Assembly (NCBI RefSeq): GCF_009914755.1
Contig: NC_060931.1
Direction: 5' to 3' (one strand)
Source: the human T2T-CHM13v2.0 reference genome, Homo sapiens
Length of the DNA: 64,000 nt
Positions 41,213 through 58,624 of the stretch are shown piece after piece. The notes beneath the pieces are model-generated. The model was given only the letters and a program-made list of their open reading frames with translations, did no database searches and was not told where the DNA came from. The translations under genes and the position numbers were made by a program. Numbering within the stretch: the stretch's first letter is position 1; the number at the start of each line of letters is the position of its first letter.

Positions 41213-44200
41213 ATGCAAAGGAGGAAGTGCCATACTTTTAAACCATCAGATCTCATGAGAACCCCCTCACTATCATGAGAACAGCATGAGGGAAACTGCC
41301 TTTATAGTCCAATCACCTCCCACCAGGTCCCTCCCCTGACATGTAGGGATTACAATTCAAAATGAGATTTGGGTGGGGACACAAGACCAAACCATTTCAT
41401 TTTGTCCCTGGGTCCTCCCAAATCTCATGTCCTTCTCATATTTCAATACCAATCATGCCTTCCCATATTTCAATACCAATCATGCCTTCCCAATAGTCCC
41501 CCAAAGTCTTAACTCATTCCAGCATTAACTCAAAAGTCCAAGGCCAAAGTCTTATCTGAGACAAGGCAAATCCCTTCCACCTATTAGCCTGTAAAATAAA
41601 AAGTAAGTTAGTTACTTCCAAATGACAGTGGGGGTACATGCATTCCTATTCTAAGTGGGAGAAATTGTCCAAAACAAAGGGGCTACAGGCCCCATGCAAG
41701 TCCAGAAACCAGCAGGGCAGCCATTAAATTTAAAGCTCTGAAATAATCTCTTTTGACTCCATGTCTCACATCCAGGGCATGCTGATGCAAGGGGTGGGCT
41801 CCTATGGCCTTGGGCAGCTCTGCCTCTGTGGCTCTGCAGGGTTCAGTCCCTATGGTTGCTTTCACGGCTGGTGTTGAGTGCCTTAAGCTTTTCCAGGTGC
41901 ACAGTGCAAGCTGTTGGTGGATCTACCATTCTGGGGTCTGGAGGATGGTGACCCTTTTCTCACAGCTCCACTAGGCAGTGCCCCAGTGGGGACTATGTGT
42001 GGGGCTCCAACCCTACATCTCCCTTCTGCATTTCCCTAGTAAAGGTTCTCCATGAGGGCTCTGCCCCTGCAGCAGACTTCTGCCTGGACATCCAGACATT
42101 TCCATACATCCTTTAAATTCTATGCAGAGGTTCCCAAACCTCAACTCTTGTCTTTTGCACACCTGCAGGCCCAATACTATGTGGAAGCCACCAATACTTG
42201 GGGCTTGCACCCTCTGAAGCAATGGCCTCAGCTGTACCTTGCTGTCTTTTAGCCATGGCTGGAACTGGAGTGACTGGGATGCAGGACACCATGTCCTGAA
42301 GCTGCACAGAGCAGCAGGGCCCTAGGCTCAGCTCACAAAACCATTTTTTTTCTAGGCCTTTGGGCCTGTGATAGGAGGGGTTGCTGTGAAAATCTCTGAA
42401 ATGCCCTGGAGACACTATCCCCATTATCTTGGCTATTAACATTTGGCTTTCCATTACTTATGGAAATTTCTGCAGCCAGCTTGAGTTTTTTTTTTTTTTT
42501 CCCAGAGAAAAAAATGGGTTTTCCTTTTGTACCACATGGTAGGCTGCAAAATTTCCAAACTTTTATGCTCTGCTTCCCTTTTAAACATAAGTTCCAATTT
42601 TAGATCTTCTCTTTGCGAATGTATATGACTATATGCTTTTAGAAACTGCCAGGTCAAATCTCAAATGCTTTGCTTCTTAGACATTTCTTTTGCCAGATAC
42701 CTTAAATCATCTCTCCCAAGTTTAAAGTTCCACAGATCTCTAGGGTAGGGGTAAAATGCATCCAGTCCCTTTGCTAAAAGATAGCAAGAGTCACCTTTAT
42801 TCCAGTTCCTAACAAGTTCCTCATCTCCATCTGAGACCACCTCAGCCTGGACTTCATTGTCCATATCACTATCACCATTTTGGCCAAAACCATTCAACAA
42901 GTCTCTAGAAAGTTCCAAATTTCCCACATTTTCCTGTATTCTTCTGAGCCCTCCAAACTGTTCCAACCTCTGTCTGTTACCCAGTTCCAAAGTTGCTTCC
43001 ACATTTTCAGTTATCTTTATAGCAGTGTTCCACTGCTGGTATCAATTTTATGTATTAGTCCATTTTCACACTGCTACAAAGAACTACTTGAATCTGGTTA
43101 ATTTGTAAAGAAAAAAGGTTTAATTGACTCAGTTCTGCATGGCTGGGGGGCCTCAGGAAACTTATGGCGAAAGGCGAAGGGGAAACGTGGTACATCTCAC
43201 GTGGCAGCAGGAGAGAAACAGAGATCAGGGGAAACTGCCACTTTTAAAGCATCAGATCTTGTGAGTACACTCTCACTATCACCAGAACAGCATGAAAAAA
43301 AATCAGCTCCCATGATCCCATCACTTCCCACCAGGTCCCTCCCCTGATTATACAAGGATTACAATTTGAGATGAGATTTGGGTGGGGACACACAGCCAAA
43401 CCATATCAGGTGCTGTGGTTGCTGTTGCAGTTGGCAGCAAATCTCAGTGAAGATCCTAAACCACCAAGTCTTCACAGTGTGAGCCCACCATGAAGACCTT
43501 TACATGACCTTGTTTTGACTAATGAAGAACTCAAACAGGGCAGGCATTTACATGCAAATAGTGGCTGTGCCTTACCTGGCCTTTCCTTTTTTAAAGTTGA
43601 CGCTGAGGTTAAAATTAGGAGGCTTGAATTTTATTCTCAAAATATAATATGTACCTTATGCACATATACATTCCCAAAGATGACTAATTCAATATATATC
43701 ATAGATGAGAAATTTTACTTTATAAAATATGACTAAAGATTTCCCCACTGTGAATTGCAGATTTGAAAAGGCTTTGCATGTTGCTCACAGATTCGACCAG
43801 TCTATTATTGAGGCCGCCACATGACCTTTAATTTGATTAAATAAAAATCCTATCCAGGACTATTAATTGAATGTTTAAAATGTGCATATTATTGTGCTAG
43901 CTGTTGTAAGGTTTTGGGGGCTCAACACATATGCTATGGACTTTAGCAATGCGAATTGTACTTGCCCGTGGCTTGATCATTTACAAAGCACTTTCCCGTA
44001 CATCATTACAGCCCTGAAGCAACCTTGCCCAATGAGACAGGGAAGCATTACTTCCTAATATTTTCTTTAAGGTGACAAAATCAAAGTTGGGGGAGGCTAA
44101 CTAAGGCTGCACATGAAGTCACAATGCTAGTGCATGGCAGTAAAATTCATGGCAACACAAGGCAGCCACATTGCTAACTTTGAAAAGTGTTTTGTTAAAG

Positions 44201-44560
44201 TGTTGTAATTTAAAAAATATGTATCATTGAAGACATTTATTGAATACTAACCAGTGCACAGGGGCTCAGGATGGGAATTATCTAGTCTGTTTTTATCAGG
44301 TTGTCCATTTTTCTAGGCTCTCTTAAATATTATACATATGTTTGTAAAGACTCTCCCCCTCCCTCCCTAACTCTCTCCCTCATCCCCCACACTTCCTCAT
44401 CCCACAGGAAACACTTCTTGAGCTTTTATGTGGTGCCACAGAATAGGGCCTGGTCCCACCCTCTGTGGCACGGCTGACTCTGTGAAACACTGTCTAGCTG
44501 GTGCCAGGGGCCCACAATTCATCAGCTGTTAGGTTTTGGTTCTTAAAAGATTTGTTTCTC

Positions 44561-45125
<565 letters not shown>

Positions 45126-45929
45126 TCACTCAGAGCTCTGCTCTCATCTAGGAATCCAGCCTGAATGCTGGTGGCCGTTTCTAGGTTGGGGCTTCTTATA
45201 AGTTGGTAAGAGAATTCCTAATAAATTTTAGAATACGTGGGTTGAATTTGAGCAAAATATACGAATTGCAGGCACGTTTAAAAGTGTCCTGACAATGCCC
45301 TCAATCCTCATATAATTTTATCACACAACTTTTCTCGTAAAATGCACTTGTGACAATAATTGGAGACCGGCAGCCACGCACCGATGCGGTGTGGAAGCTG
45401 AAAGTCAGCCAGGCTGTGTCCCCTGCTGACAGCCTCCTTCCCTGGCTGCAGCTTCTTGGTATAAAAGGTTCAAATTCCCGCTTCAGCAAAAATGCAATGG
45501 ATGATTCCACGGGGTTTTAGTGGCCTTGCTTCAATACTGGAGGTCAGAAAGTCCGGTGGCTCTGAGGGTCTCTGCGTAGATGCCCCTGACTTGTACCCTT
45601 TGCTCCGAGCCTGGGGCAGCTCTGCTGCCACTGAGGCCAGAAGCTCCTGGGGTCCCTTCCTGCTGCTTGTGGCCTCACTGCGGCCTACCCTCCATCTCAC
45701 ACCGCAAGGCCCTCGGCCTCGCTGGAAACGCCAGCAGCCCTTTGCAAGGATGACTGTGACTCCCTGTGTGTCTCAGAACAGCTTCAGCCTCTGTTCAGTA
45801 CACCGCCATGCTTTACACAAAAGGACAGACAACGCCGAAATCAGCAAGTGGTGCAGCAAGACGTTCAGTAAAAACAGAAATGATTCAGAGAGAAAGAGAC
45901 CGCCTTCACCCTGTGGTATTCGTCACTTC

Positions 45930-46951
<1,022 letters not shown>

Positions 46952-48714
46952 TCCTTCCTGCTGTGGGTCTACACAAGTGGTACTTTGGGTGTCCTCACAA
47001 AATACAACACTTTGTGTCTCTAAAACAGCGGTGCGCTTTTTCATCACTTACCTGTGTCTCTGCCATGTGGCTTCTAAGGAAGTGTTTTCAGTTGAAGGAA
47101 CAGCTTTACTCCCGAGGAAGAGGGGGTGGATGACTGTGGACCATGTGCCTGTCTCCCTAGCAGTTCTTACCAGTCCCTCGGACCCGGTTGTAGATACAAT
47201 TCACAGGACCCCAAGGAAAGAAATACAAGCAATAAGAATTTATTGAAAGACTTTTTAAGGCTCTAATGGAAGACAAACATTATTCAAAGATTTACTATTC
47301 TGGCCCTCAGCCAAAGGGCTGAAACTGAAAAGAAGGAATTTCAGGCATTTGCAGTAGGAATTTGGGGGCCAGAGTATCTTTCCTCGAAATCACCCCATTG
47401 CCTCTAACATCACCCCAAGGCGAGAGTCACAGCTTCAGTGCCGCATAGGAACAAAATAGTAATTACAACATGCCTTTCATTTGACTGGCTACCTCAGATT
47501 CATGTCCTACAAGCTGGGCTGGGCTGGTTATAACCAACGTTGCTGAGGTAGCTACTGCACAAATACCTGCCTTTCCCTCAGTGTCTGGAGCTTGGCCATC
47601 TAATATCTTTCTACAAGGCAATGAGTCTGGGGGCTTGAGGGAGCATACCCCAGAGCAAAACTTTCATGTCAGAGGGGACCAGGGTCCCAGAGACCCCCAG
47701 ACTGTGCAGGTGCCCTCACAGAGACAGCTGGGGCCAATCTGGGCACTTAGCACAGGGCTTCCACTCCACAGGAAGACTACCCAAAGCTCAGGTGCCAGGG
47801 TGTAAATGTCTCCTGTTCTAGAGGCAGAACTCATTCCCTCACTTCTCATTGTCCCATGGGCCCAGCTAGAGGCAGCAGGGATTGCCCAGGACAGTCCTTA
47901 ACCTTGCACTGTGGGTTTCCACCCATTTCAACAGACGCATTTCTGTTCAGCCAACTTTTATTGTGTGATGGTTGCGGAGGACATTTCATCCTTCCCAGAG
48001 ACATATTTACAACGAGCAAACATTCTCTGGGAACTCAGGGTCTTCACCAATCTTCTAAGGCTCAGGGATCATGGGTGGGTCTGGCCCTATCTAGTTGTAG
48101 GGATCTGGGCCTACGATGTTCCACAAAGCTCCCCACCGTCATTTTGGTGTTCCCCCAGGACTGCCACAGGTCCTATTATAAGACAGTCGTGGGGAGAACA
48201 TCACCAGGAGTGGTGGGGGAGCCAGCGGGAGCCACCCTCGATATCCCACCCATGGTGGCTTTTCCTCCTGTCCTTTGGTGAGTGTTGGCTGGTGTGATTC
48301 CCGGCACATGCTTGTGAGCCCTGAGGGACCCTGGCTCTACCACCCATCCTAACACCGAGGCCTGGCATGGATCCCCTTCACTTGCAGCATCCACGGCTCA
48401 GATGACTATTGAATATAGTCAGGTCCTAGATACTGACAAAGGGAGAGGAAGGTGCAAAACAACCCAAGATGAGAGTGGGGTGCTAGTGCTGTCGGGTGGA
48501 GGCGGAGGTGCCACTCATTTCAGGATCACAGGGGCCGCTTCCCTGCCCATTCATCCGTGTATTCATTCATTCACTCATTCAACAAACGCTTGCTGTTTGA
48601 GGAACTGCTGTGTGCTAGGCATTGTGTAGAAGAGAAAATACAGGCCCAGAGAAATTGTGACTTGGATAAAGTAACTGAGCTGGGCTTGGCGACTTCGCTG
48701 TTGAGCTGGGTGTG

Positions 48715-49200
48715 CTCTGCTTGTCTCTCCAGATCCATTCTCCCTGCCTCCATTCTTACACACCGCTCTGCACCGCGTAAGGCTGGGCTCCGGACACATT
48801 CAGGCTCCTTTGTCCAGTGGCTTCGCGTTGTATTCCACCAACGAGAGGCACCGACAGGAGGTGGAAAGCAGGGAGGAGAGGCCAGGCTATGTACCGCCCT
48901 GGGACGTCTTTGCTGGGTTGCAGTATGGCAATGTTTGCCCTTCTCCACCTGATGTTTTGGGCTCCACCTTTTCTAACAGTTACAGCTCTCACTAGGTTCG
49001 GATAACCAAGCCCTCCCCTTCCATCTCAGGCTAAGGAATGCCCATGGCTTCCTAAAGATGTGGGCTCCAGGTTCACTCATCTTCCTTTGTTGATTTCCCT
49101 TAACCTGGCCAGCAACTTTGGGGGTACCCCTCCCATAAACCTTCTTCATTTGCTTTTATTCAAGCATGCTGTTTCCGTCAGCATCCTGACCGGTGCCATA
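48715..49200 (+). mobile_element. LTR33-like old ERVL LTR
   Basis: ctctccagatccattctcc...ccaacgagaggcaccgacaggaggtgga...gggaggagag. Confidence 0.6.
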
Positions 49201-49409
49201 ATTGGTACTCAAAGTCCCCGCAGCAAGTAGAATCTCAAAACAGGACCCCGGGATTGTGCAGAGCAGGTTTGCTAATCACTAATCCCAAGGGAGGACTCCC
49301 AGACAGGGTAGAAAGCGAAGATCATCACCCTGCCAGTTTCCAGGAGTAGGAGTCCAATCGCTTCTGCCCATGCCATCTTGGGCTACAGATTTACCAACTG
49401 CCCAAGTCT

Positions 49410-49885
49410 GTGAAACAAAACACGCTCACACGAAACCAGCTATGTGAGGTGGGTATTCCTTAGAAATTGGCAGCCAGGGACAGAAGATGTCTCAGATCCA
49501 TTGTGAGCCTGTCCCCCAAGGTTCAAGAAGGCTATCCCGGGGCTGATGGAGTCTCAACTGCGTGTGCCCCACTTAGACCACGGCCGAGGGACCCTGAAGA
49601 ACAGCCCACCTGGGTAATGTAGTGCAGGGCTGGGCAAAGCTTTGAAGGACATCCTGCTCCCAGGGGAGGCAGGCACGGAGCCGGGGCTGTCCCGGGCAGC
49701 CTCTCCCTAACTCAAGATCTGATATTCTTTAGGAGGAACAGGACAAGGCCTGGCTGCTTCAGGCAGTTCCTCCCTGTCTCAGGATGTTACATCCCCAGCA
49801 CATCTTACAGTTATTCTGAGAGCTACATGCTGGGAAAAAGGAGAGAAATGGGTGGGTTCGAGGCTACTTGGAGAACCATCCTGAG
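49410..49885 (-). mobile_element. ERVL LTR (MER54/MER74-like)
   Basis: ggcagttcctccctgtctcaggatgttacat...acagttattctgagagctac...ggagaaccatcct. Confidence 0.5.
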
Positions 49886-50610
49886 GGCCCCTGGGACTGT
49901 GTGCTCACATCTTGGATGAATGCACAGATGATTTTCCTCGTGGAGAGAAAATGGCTTTAAATAGAAGGTGAGACCTCAGCTGATCCCATGAGAAGGGTGA
50001 CTTCAACTGGGGTGCTGTGTCCCAGGGCTTCCTAAGCCTGGGATTCTCAACGAGGAATCTGGGAAACAGGATGGAAAGCAACGGAGGAATAGAAAAAGAT
50101 CTTGTTTCATTGATTCTCAATGAGCCAAGTTTAGCAGTTCCACGAGGGCACCTGGTCAGAAAAGGAGAGCTCTGGTTCCATTTCTTCTAATAATTTACTC
50201 TGTGACCTTGGGAAATGTCCTCCATTCTAGTGCTCTGCATGATACATGAGTCTATGTGAATGCCAGTTATTTTTATTTTTATATTCCTCTCTCTCCTCTC
50301 TTTACTACTGCCTTACTTAGAAAGTAGCTTTTTCTCAATATTCCCAAAAACATATTTCAAAAGTTTTTTTTTATGACTTATTGGAAATAATGCTATTAGA
50401 GAATGAGAAAGTACTGGAAATGCCGCTGGCTGGCTCCATGCAGATGCGTGGACTGGGCACTCTGGTGGTGATGGTTATACAGTCTGAGAAGCCAGCAGGG
50501 CTCTGAGCTCTATCCCCAGCCAAGTGACTTGCTGGCATTAGGAGACAGCTTTGCCAGCCCAGAGAGAAATGCAGCGGGGAAGAGGCTGTGTCCTGGTTGA
50601 CTGCATGAAG

Positions 50611-50937
50611 TCTTTTTTTTAATTTGAGATAGGATCTCACTTTGTTGCCCAGGCTGGAGTGCAGTGGCACGATCATGGCTCACTGTAGCCTCAACCTCTG
50701 GGCTCAAGTGATTCTCCTGTTTCAGCCTCCTGAGTAGCTGGGACTACAGGTACATGCCACCACGCCTGGCTAATTTTTGTTTTTGTTTTGTTTTGGTTTT
50801 GGTAGGTGGGGTTTCTACAAAAAAAAAAATGTTCACAGTGTTGCCCAGGCTTGTCTCAAACAACTGGACTCAAGCTATCTGCCCACCTTGGCCTCCCAAA
50901 GTGTTGGGATTATAGGTGTGAGCCACTGCACCTAGCC
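50611..50937 (-). mobile_element. AluJ
   Basis: gatcatggctcactgtagcctcaacctc J diagnostics. Confidence 0.9.
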
Positions 50938-51118
50938 TCATTAAGATTTTAATATGCGTAAGTTTATCTTTTTAAAAAACCCATACTGAGTATATAGGAA
51001 AAGAGACAACATATAAATAAGCTTTTTCACAATCAAATTAAATATTACTTAAATAAGCTGAGCTTTCCTAACTAAATGCTGCCACAGGTATGATTTTAAA
51101 ATATTTTTCTTTTTCAGA

Positions 51119-51260
51119 ATTTTTTTTTTTTTTTTTTTTTTTTAAGAGACAGAGTCCTGCTATGTTGCTCAGGCTGGTCTTGAACTCCTGGATTCAATCA
51201 GTCCTCCCGCCTCAGCCTCCCTAAGTGCTTGGACTACAGGTGTAAACTCCTGTGCCCGGC
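51119..51260 (-). mobile_element. FLAM_C
   Basis: Poly-T followed by left monomer only. Confidence 0.85.
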
Positions 51261-52974
51261 TTGCACAGAGTCTTGATAACCTTCTGTGGCTGGCAGGTAT
51301 CCAGTGCTTCCCAGAAGACCACTTGTGGGTCCGCAGGAAGAGGGGGTTTATTTCTGAAGGTCCAGTCTTAGCTTGTCCATAAAATCAGCCTCTTCACGCT
51401 CATCACCCCAGGCTGCACTCTTCCCTCTTTAGTCATTATGGGGAGATGGTGATATGTGCCCTCCCCTGACTAGAGGCAGGGCTTCAGCTAAGCCTTGACC
51501 TGGGGTGCAGCAGATCGCCTGTGCAGGGGGTCTCCTCAGCCAATGATGACTTACTCCCTGGAAACTGCCCCAGTACACAGGAGATGCTCATGGTTTCTGA
51601 GCCTTCTTGTCCTCCCCATGCACTGACTTGTGGTCACTGACTGATTTGGGGACAGCATTGTTTCCATCTCAGGCCAATCACAGTTGTCCTCCCGGGAACG
51701 GGAATGGTGAGCGGTGGCCACGCAGACTGGAGCTGGGACCCTGGTGATTGTGCAGAGCGATGGGAGCTTGGCCAGGACTGTCTAGTTTCCGTCTTCCTGT
51801 GGTTTGGCTGTTCAGCCCTTCCCTCAAATTTGGGAGTTACTCAGTCCCTCGGAAATGCGTCCAGCTCGAGTTTGTGAGAGTCACTTTCTATTTCTTCCAT
51901 TTTATTACTGGGGTGGTGGAGAGGAAGGCAGCATGCTTCTGATTGGCCTGCGAGACACCCCCTAGCGGGTCCTCATTCCCACCAGGGCCTGGTTCCCAGC
52001 GCCTCTTCATGCACATGCCGAACAGTGATAGAAGCTCTTGCACAACCCTCTGCCTTCGCTGCATTGAGACTGCCTTCACATCCTTCTGTTTCCTCTTGCC
52101 TGATCTCACCTCAGTGTCATGGTGCAGCTCAGCCTCCTCCTCTGTGAAGCCTTCTTTGTCCCCCTTCTTGGGTGCTCTCTTTCCAGTGCTATGGGATCAG
52201 TCAGGCCCAGCAGTGTGACATTCAATTGATCACCCAGAGTTTCTGGTGTGTTTCTGCTCCCTGGAGGCATGGACTCATTCTGACACTTCCTTTCTATCCC
52301 TCAGTGCTGAACGCAGAGTCACACACCTTTAGGTGCTCAATGGCACTTTACTCAGCAGAGATGGGAAGGAGCAAACATCTTGAGGAACAAGAAGACCCCA
52401 GTTCCTCATCAGGATAAAGACTGTATTTTCAGAGGAAGTCAGGCCAGAATGTGGCGGGCATCGAGTGTCAGGATGAGGAACTCGTCCCAGGTGTGAGTCC
52501 TCAAAATGCAAACACAGCCACTAATTGTAAGGAGCCTCCAAAGAGACAGTGATAGTTGATGGAAGGAAGCAGCATGGAGGAAAGGACAGTGGCATAGGAA
52601 GAGTGACCTATTCCATTGGGGTGGAAGGGTGCTGATCAGATTTAGTCAACAGTCATCGAGTTCCTCCCTTGTCCTAGAGACTGGTCTGAGTGTTTTCACA
52701 CTACCTGGTTTAATTTACGCAAAACCCTGTGAGGTGCATAGTCCAGGCTCGGAGATAAGAGGATTGAAGCTCAGGATGCTGAGTGACTTGTCCATGGTCA
52801 GATGGTGATTAAGGGGCAGAGCTTGGGCAGGAAGCCAGGTGTGCCCCAGGTGTTCTGACTCCAGAGCATCTTCCCTCTGTAGCCTTTGGCTTTCCTTTTA
52901 CGTGAGTCACTGCGGTCATCCTCTCAGCTGTGAGCTTCACCACTAGAGACTAGTTGCCAAAACTGTGCTGGACA

Positions 52975-53449
52975 TGTATGTTTATTGCAGCACTATTTAC
53001 GATAGCAAAGACTTCGAATCAACCCCAAATGCCCATCAATGATAGACTGGATAAAGGAAATGTGGCACATATACACCATGGAATACTATGCAGCCATAAA
53101 AAAGGATGAGTTCATGTCCTTTGCAGGGACATGGATGAAGCTGGAAACCATCATTCTCAGCAAACTAACACAGGAACAGAAAACCAAACACTGCATGTTC
53201 TCACTCATAAGTGGGAGTTGAACAATGAGAAGACATGGACACAGGGAGGGGAACATCACACACTGGGGTCTGTTGCGGGGTGGGGGGCAAGGGGAGAGAG
53301 AGCATTAGGACAAATACCTAATGCATCCCGGGCTTAAAACCTAGATGAGAAGTTGATAGGTGCAGCAAACCACCATAGCACATGTGGTATACCTATGTAA
53401 CAAACCTGCACATTCTGCACATGTATCCCAGAACTTAAAGTAAACAAAC
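52975..53449 (+). mobile_element. L1PA 3' end
   Basis: ORF2 C-terminus in ORF 53039-53221; exact 16-bp TSD aaaactgtgctggaca at 52959-52974 and 53450-53465. Confidence 0.95.
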
Positions 53450-54279
53450 AAAACTGTGCTGGACACACCATCCTTTGGCACAATGTGGCCTGAAGGGACC
53501 TGCCTAGTCAGGTTTGTGCTGTGCCCTCTGCAGCTGGGCAGAATTAATTCCTCCACATCTCTTCAGGTTTCAGTTCTCACAGCCCTGTGCACCTGTTTTA
53601 ATCGCTTGTACCGGAACTGTAATCTTCTACTTATTTGTATGATTATTGGGTGATGGTGGTCTCCCCGCTGCCCTGACACACACACACACACACACACGTG
53701 CCCATGCACAATTGTGAGCTCCATTAGAACAGACAGCTGTGTGCTGCTGTTACCATCTCCATCTGTTTTCATTAGTTATGACCATTCCTGGCACATGGCA
53801 GGTACACAATTATTTGTAGGTGAGCAGAAGTGTGAATGAACAAGTGCTTGAATAGAAAATAAAGGAATGGATTGTGGATGTGACACATTTGGCCCAAACA
53901 TTCAAATCCCTCATTATGGGTCTGAATAAATGCTGCGAGGAAGCTAGAGATTGCTCCAGGACTTCCCACCTCTTCTGTTCTGCCCTGGCCTCTGAAAACT
54001 CCCTGCCTCCGTCCTCTCCTCTCAGAATCTGCCTTCGGACCATGTTTTCCATCAGGAAGCTCATCACATGCCCCATGCTAAGAGGGAGATGACCGCCAGT
54101 GGCCTCTGTGCCACCCTCCTGTGGGGCTCTGTGGTGAACAGAAAGCGGCTCCCTAACTGGGGAATGATGTTGTAAAGGCGATAGGTTGGGAGATGCATTC
54201 CTCCTATCATGCCAGTTACACCAAGACTGAGGTCTGCAACTTTTACAAATGTGCAGATCCACGAAGCCCACAGCCCTAT

Positions 54280-54872
<593 letters not shown>

Positions 54873-56793
54873 TCAGTTCAAACACGGGAAGGAAGGGAAA
54901 GTGGAGGGGGAGTTTACCACAGAAGCAGTGATTCAATCACCCATGCCAAAGTCCCAGCTACTCAGGAGGCTGAGGCAGGAGGATTGCTTGAGCCCAAGAA
55001 GTCAAGGTTGCAGTGAGGGGTGATCATGCCACCGCACTCCAGCCTGGGTGAAAGAGTGATGTAAACAATCTCTATTCTCCAAAAGTTCTCCGCGGCCTTT
55101 CACAACCAGCCCTGATTTCTCCCACAGTGAGAGAATGGCTATTATTATTATTATTATTCTTTTTTACCTTCGATTAGTCGATCTGCTGCAGAACCTCCTG
55201 TAAGTAGAATCTAGAACATACACGCTTTTGTGTCTGGCTTCTTTTGCTCAGCAGAATGGCTGAGAGAGTCGCCCGTGTGTTGCATGAGCAGACTTTTAGT
55301 ACCAAGTATGTTTTGTTACGTGACTACACCACAGTTTGTTTATCCATTTTCCTGCTGATGGACGTTTGGGCTATTTGTTCTTATAAGTCTTTCACTGTGT
55401 CGTCTGCATTTTGTTTTGTGTTTTGTGAAGTTCCAACAGGAAGATTTTTTATTTGTCTTTAGAATGGTAACTGCATAGACCACCTTCCTCTTTTAGTCCC
55501 TGCCCCTTGTAAAGCCGTAAGGAAAGGATCATGTTTCTTCTCCTCCACCCACCCTCACCTAATTGTAGCTAATGTTATTTTTCTCAGTGTTAACTTTGTT
55601 CTTTTGTTACTTGGCCTGGGAGTTTCAAATCACAGCTGTTACTCAGCTCATTGATACCACAGCCTCCACCTCTGGGGTTCAAGCCATTCTCCTGCCTCAG
55701 CCTCCCGAGTAGCTGGGATTACAGGCATATGCCACCACATCCAGCTAATTTTTGGATTTGCAGTAGAGATGGGGTTTCACCGTGTTGGCCAGGCTGGTCT
55801 TGATCTCCTGACCTCAAGTGATCCACCTGCCTTGCCTCCTAAAATGCTGGGATTCCAGGTGTGAGCTACCACACCTGGCCAGTATACCTTTTCTATCGTC
55901 TACCTTCTTTCCTCTTCCACTCCTATTTATTTATTCTGTGCATCATTTCTACATTGCTGGACCCATAATATTTATATTCTGCTCTGTCACTAATCCTCAT
56001 GTATGTTTTAGCGTTTATTTTACAATTAAATGCAGCCAAGGCTCTTTGTTAGCCTGTCTGGTTTAGTTTTCCTTTGAAAACTTTTAAAAAAAATTTTGAT
56101 TCAGTAGAAATGGGGTCTCACTATGTTGGCCAGGCTGGTCTTGAACTCCTGAACTTAAGTGATTCTCCCACCTCGGCCTCCCAAAACACTGGGATTACAG
56201 GTATGAGTCATTGTGTCTGGCCTGTCTGGTTTAACTTCCTAACCAATCTTCAGGTTAGCTGAATTTCGTACCCCAGCACTTTCCTGAAGGAGACTCATAA
56301 GAGCAATATCATTCGAATTCTTTCCTGTTAAAAAACTTTTGTCTGTCATCTATGAATGAAGGACCATTTGGCTGGATACAAAATACTTGGCTTACACTCT
56401 CTGTACTTGAAGGCCTAGTGTGTGTTGTTACATTGTCTTCTGGCTTTGAATTTTTCTGAGGCAAGCCCAATTTCTTCCCTTAGAAGTGACTTTTTTTGTC
56501 TGACTGCACGAAGGATTCCTTTTTAATCTTTGAAGTTCAATAACTTTAATAGCCCATGTTGTAAGGTCAACAATTCTGGGTTAATTTTCCCTGGTTACAT
56601 TGTATTTCTTTTAAATGTATACATAAAATCTTTATTTTATGAAAGAGTTCTTCGATTATACATTTAATTTGTTCCATTATTTTGATTTTCTTTTTTTGTA
56701 AAAAAAGAATTTGATTATGCATGCATCGGCTTGCTTTTACTTGTTTTCTGCATATATTCTATTCTGTCTAGTCGTTTTAATTTCAGTCTTTGG

Positions 56794-57495
<702 letters not shown>

Positions 57496-58624
57496 ATTCA
57501 GTTTTTCTTTTCACTCTATCACTTGTGTACTTTTTATCCCTCGTATCACTTAGTGGCTGTACCAGTATCTATGCCTGTGGTTTGCCCTGGTCTCATTCCA
57601 ATTTCATCTTAATTTCTGCAATGATTTTATTTTCTTCTCCAACTTATTTTCCCAGTTTGCCCACTGCTGCTTCATCTTGTTCTTACCATCTCATGCTCTT
57701 TCCTGAGTAACTGAGTGTCCGTCCGCCTGATGTTTTTCCTTAATAGGGGCAATTCTTAAGATTAAAAAAAAAGCACAGGAAATATCAGGTCACTATTTTT
57801 AATTGTTTTATGGCAGCATTTTTTTTGGTGAGTGTTATTTTTCTGTTAGGACATTTGATTGCTCATTTCCCGCCTTTTTCTAACAGCATCTTTAACTTAT
57901 TTTGTATTAGTTATTATTAAATAAGTGAGGCTTTCCTGGAGACATGAGGGATCTTCTATCAGAAGAGGCAAATTGTTTCCTGAAAATAAGACTCATCCAC
58001 TTAATAAGCTTTGACCTGAATAGTGGGCAATCAGTATATATAGTTGTGGGTTGAATAAATACCAGAAAAGTATCTGATTAATGCATTCATACTCAGTAAT
58101 AAGCGGCTTTGCACTGATTTTCAGGACGTGAATGGGAGACTTCTTGTTGAGACTGATTAAACCTCAGGGAATAAATAATAAATTAAGAATATCCTTTGTA
58201 ATGCAAATGAAGTTATTGTATATGTAAAAACAACTTAAAAGTGTTTTAAAAAGAGATAAATCTAAAATGTTTTTCTTCTCAGTTTTCAGCGTTAAAAACT
58301 GGAATTATAAAATTGAGTATAAAAATAATTAAAATGAGCTTTCTTTAGTGTGGGGGTTAATAGAAACAGGAGGGAGGGAAGAACCAGAGGGAGAGGAGGA
58401 GGAAGGGACATCAAGAGAGAAAAACAACTTTGCTCTTCAGAGAAGCATGAGGCCCAGATCCCCGGGGCAGCCTCGTGAGGGATGCCTGGGGGCTGGGAGA
58501 GACTGGAGAGTTCGCCCTGTGTGGTGGCAATGTCCCCAGCGGCCGGGCTGCATGCAGCCACAGGGTTTATTTCTCCGTGCTGCCACACGTGGAACGGAGT
58601 GTGTCTGGGTCCAGCAGAACGGTG

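Larger units (their letters stand above)
40132..43408 (-). mobile_element. THE1D/MSTA-type MaLR provirus: LTR (40132-41399, interrupted), internal (about 41400-43050), LTR (43051-43408)
   Basis: Two direct LTRs tgtattagtc...aaaccat(t/a)tca flanking typical THE1-int text; TSD-like ggcgt / ggtgc. Confidence 0.88.

Noticed and set aside
42013-43108. Several ORFs of up to 113 aa
   Set aside because: Frameshifted remnants of the THE1/MST internal ORF.
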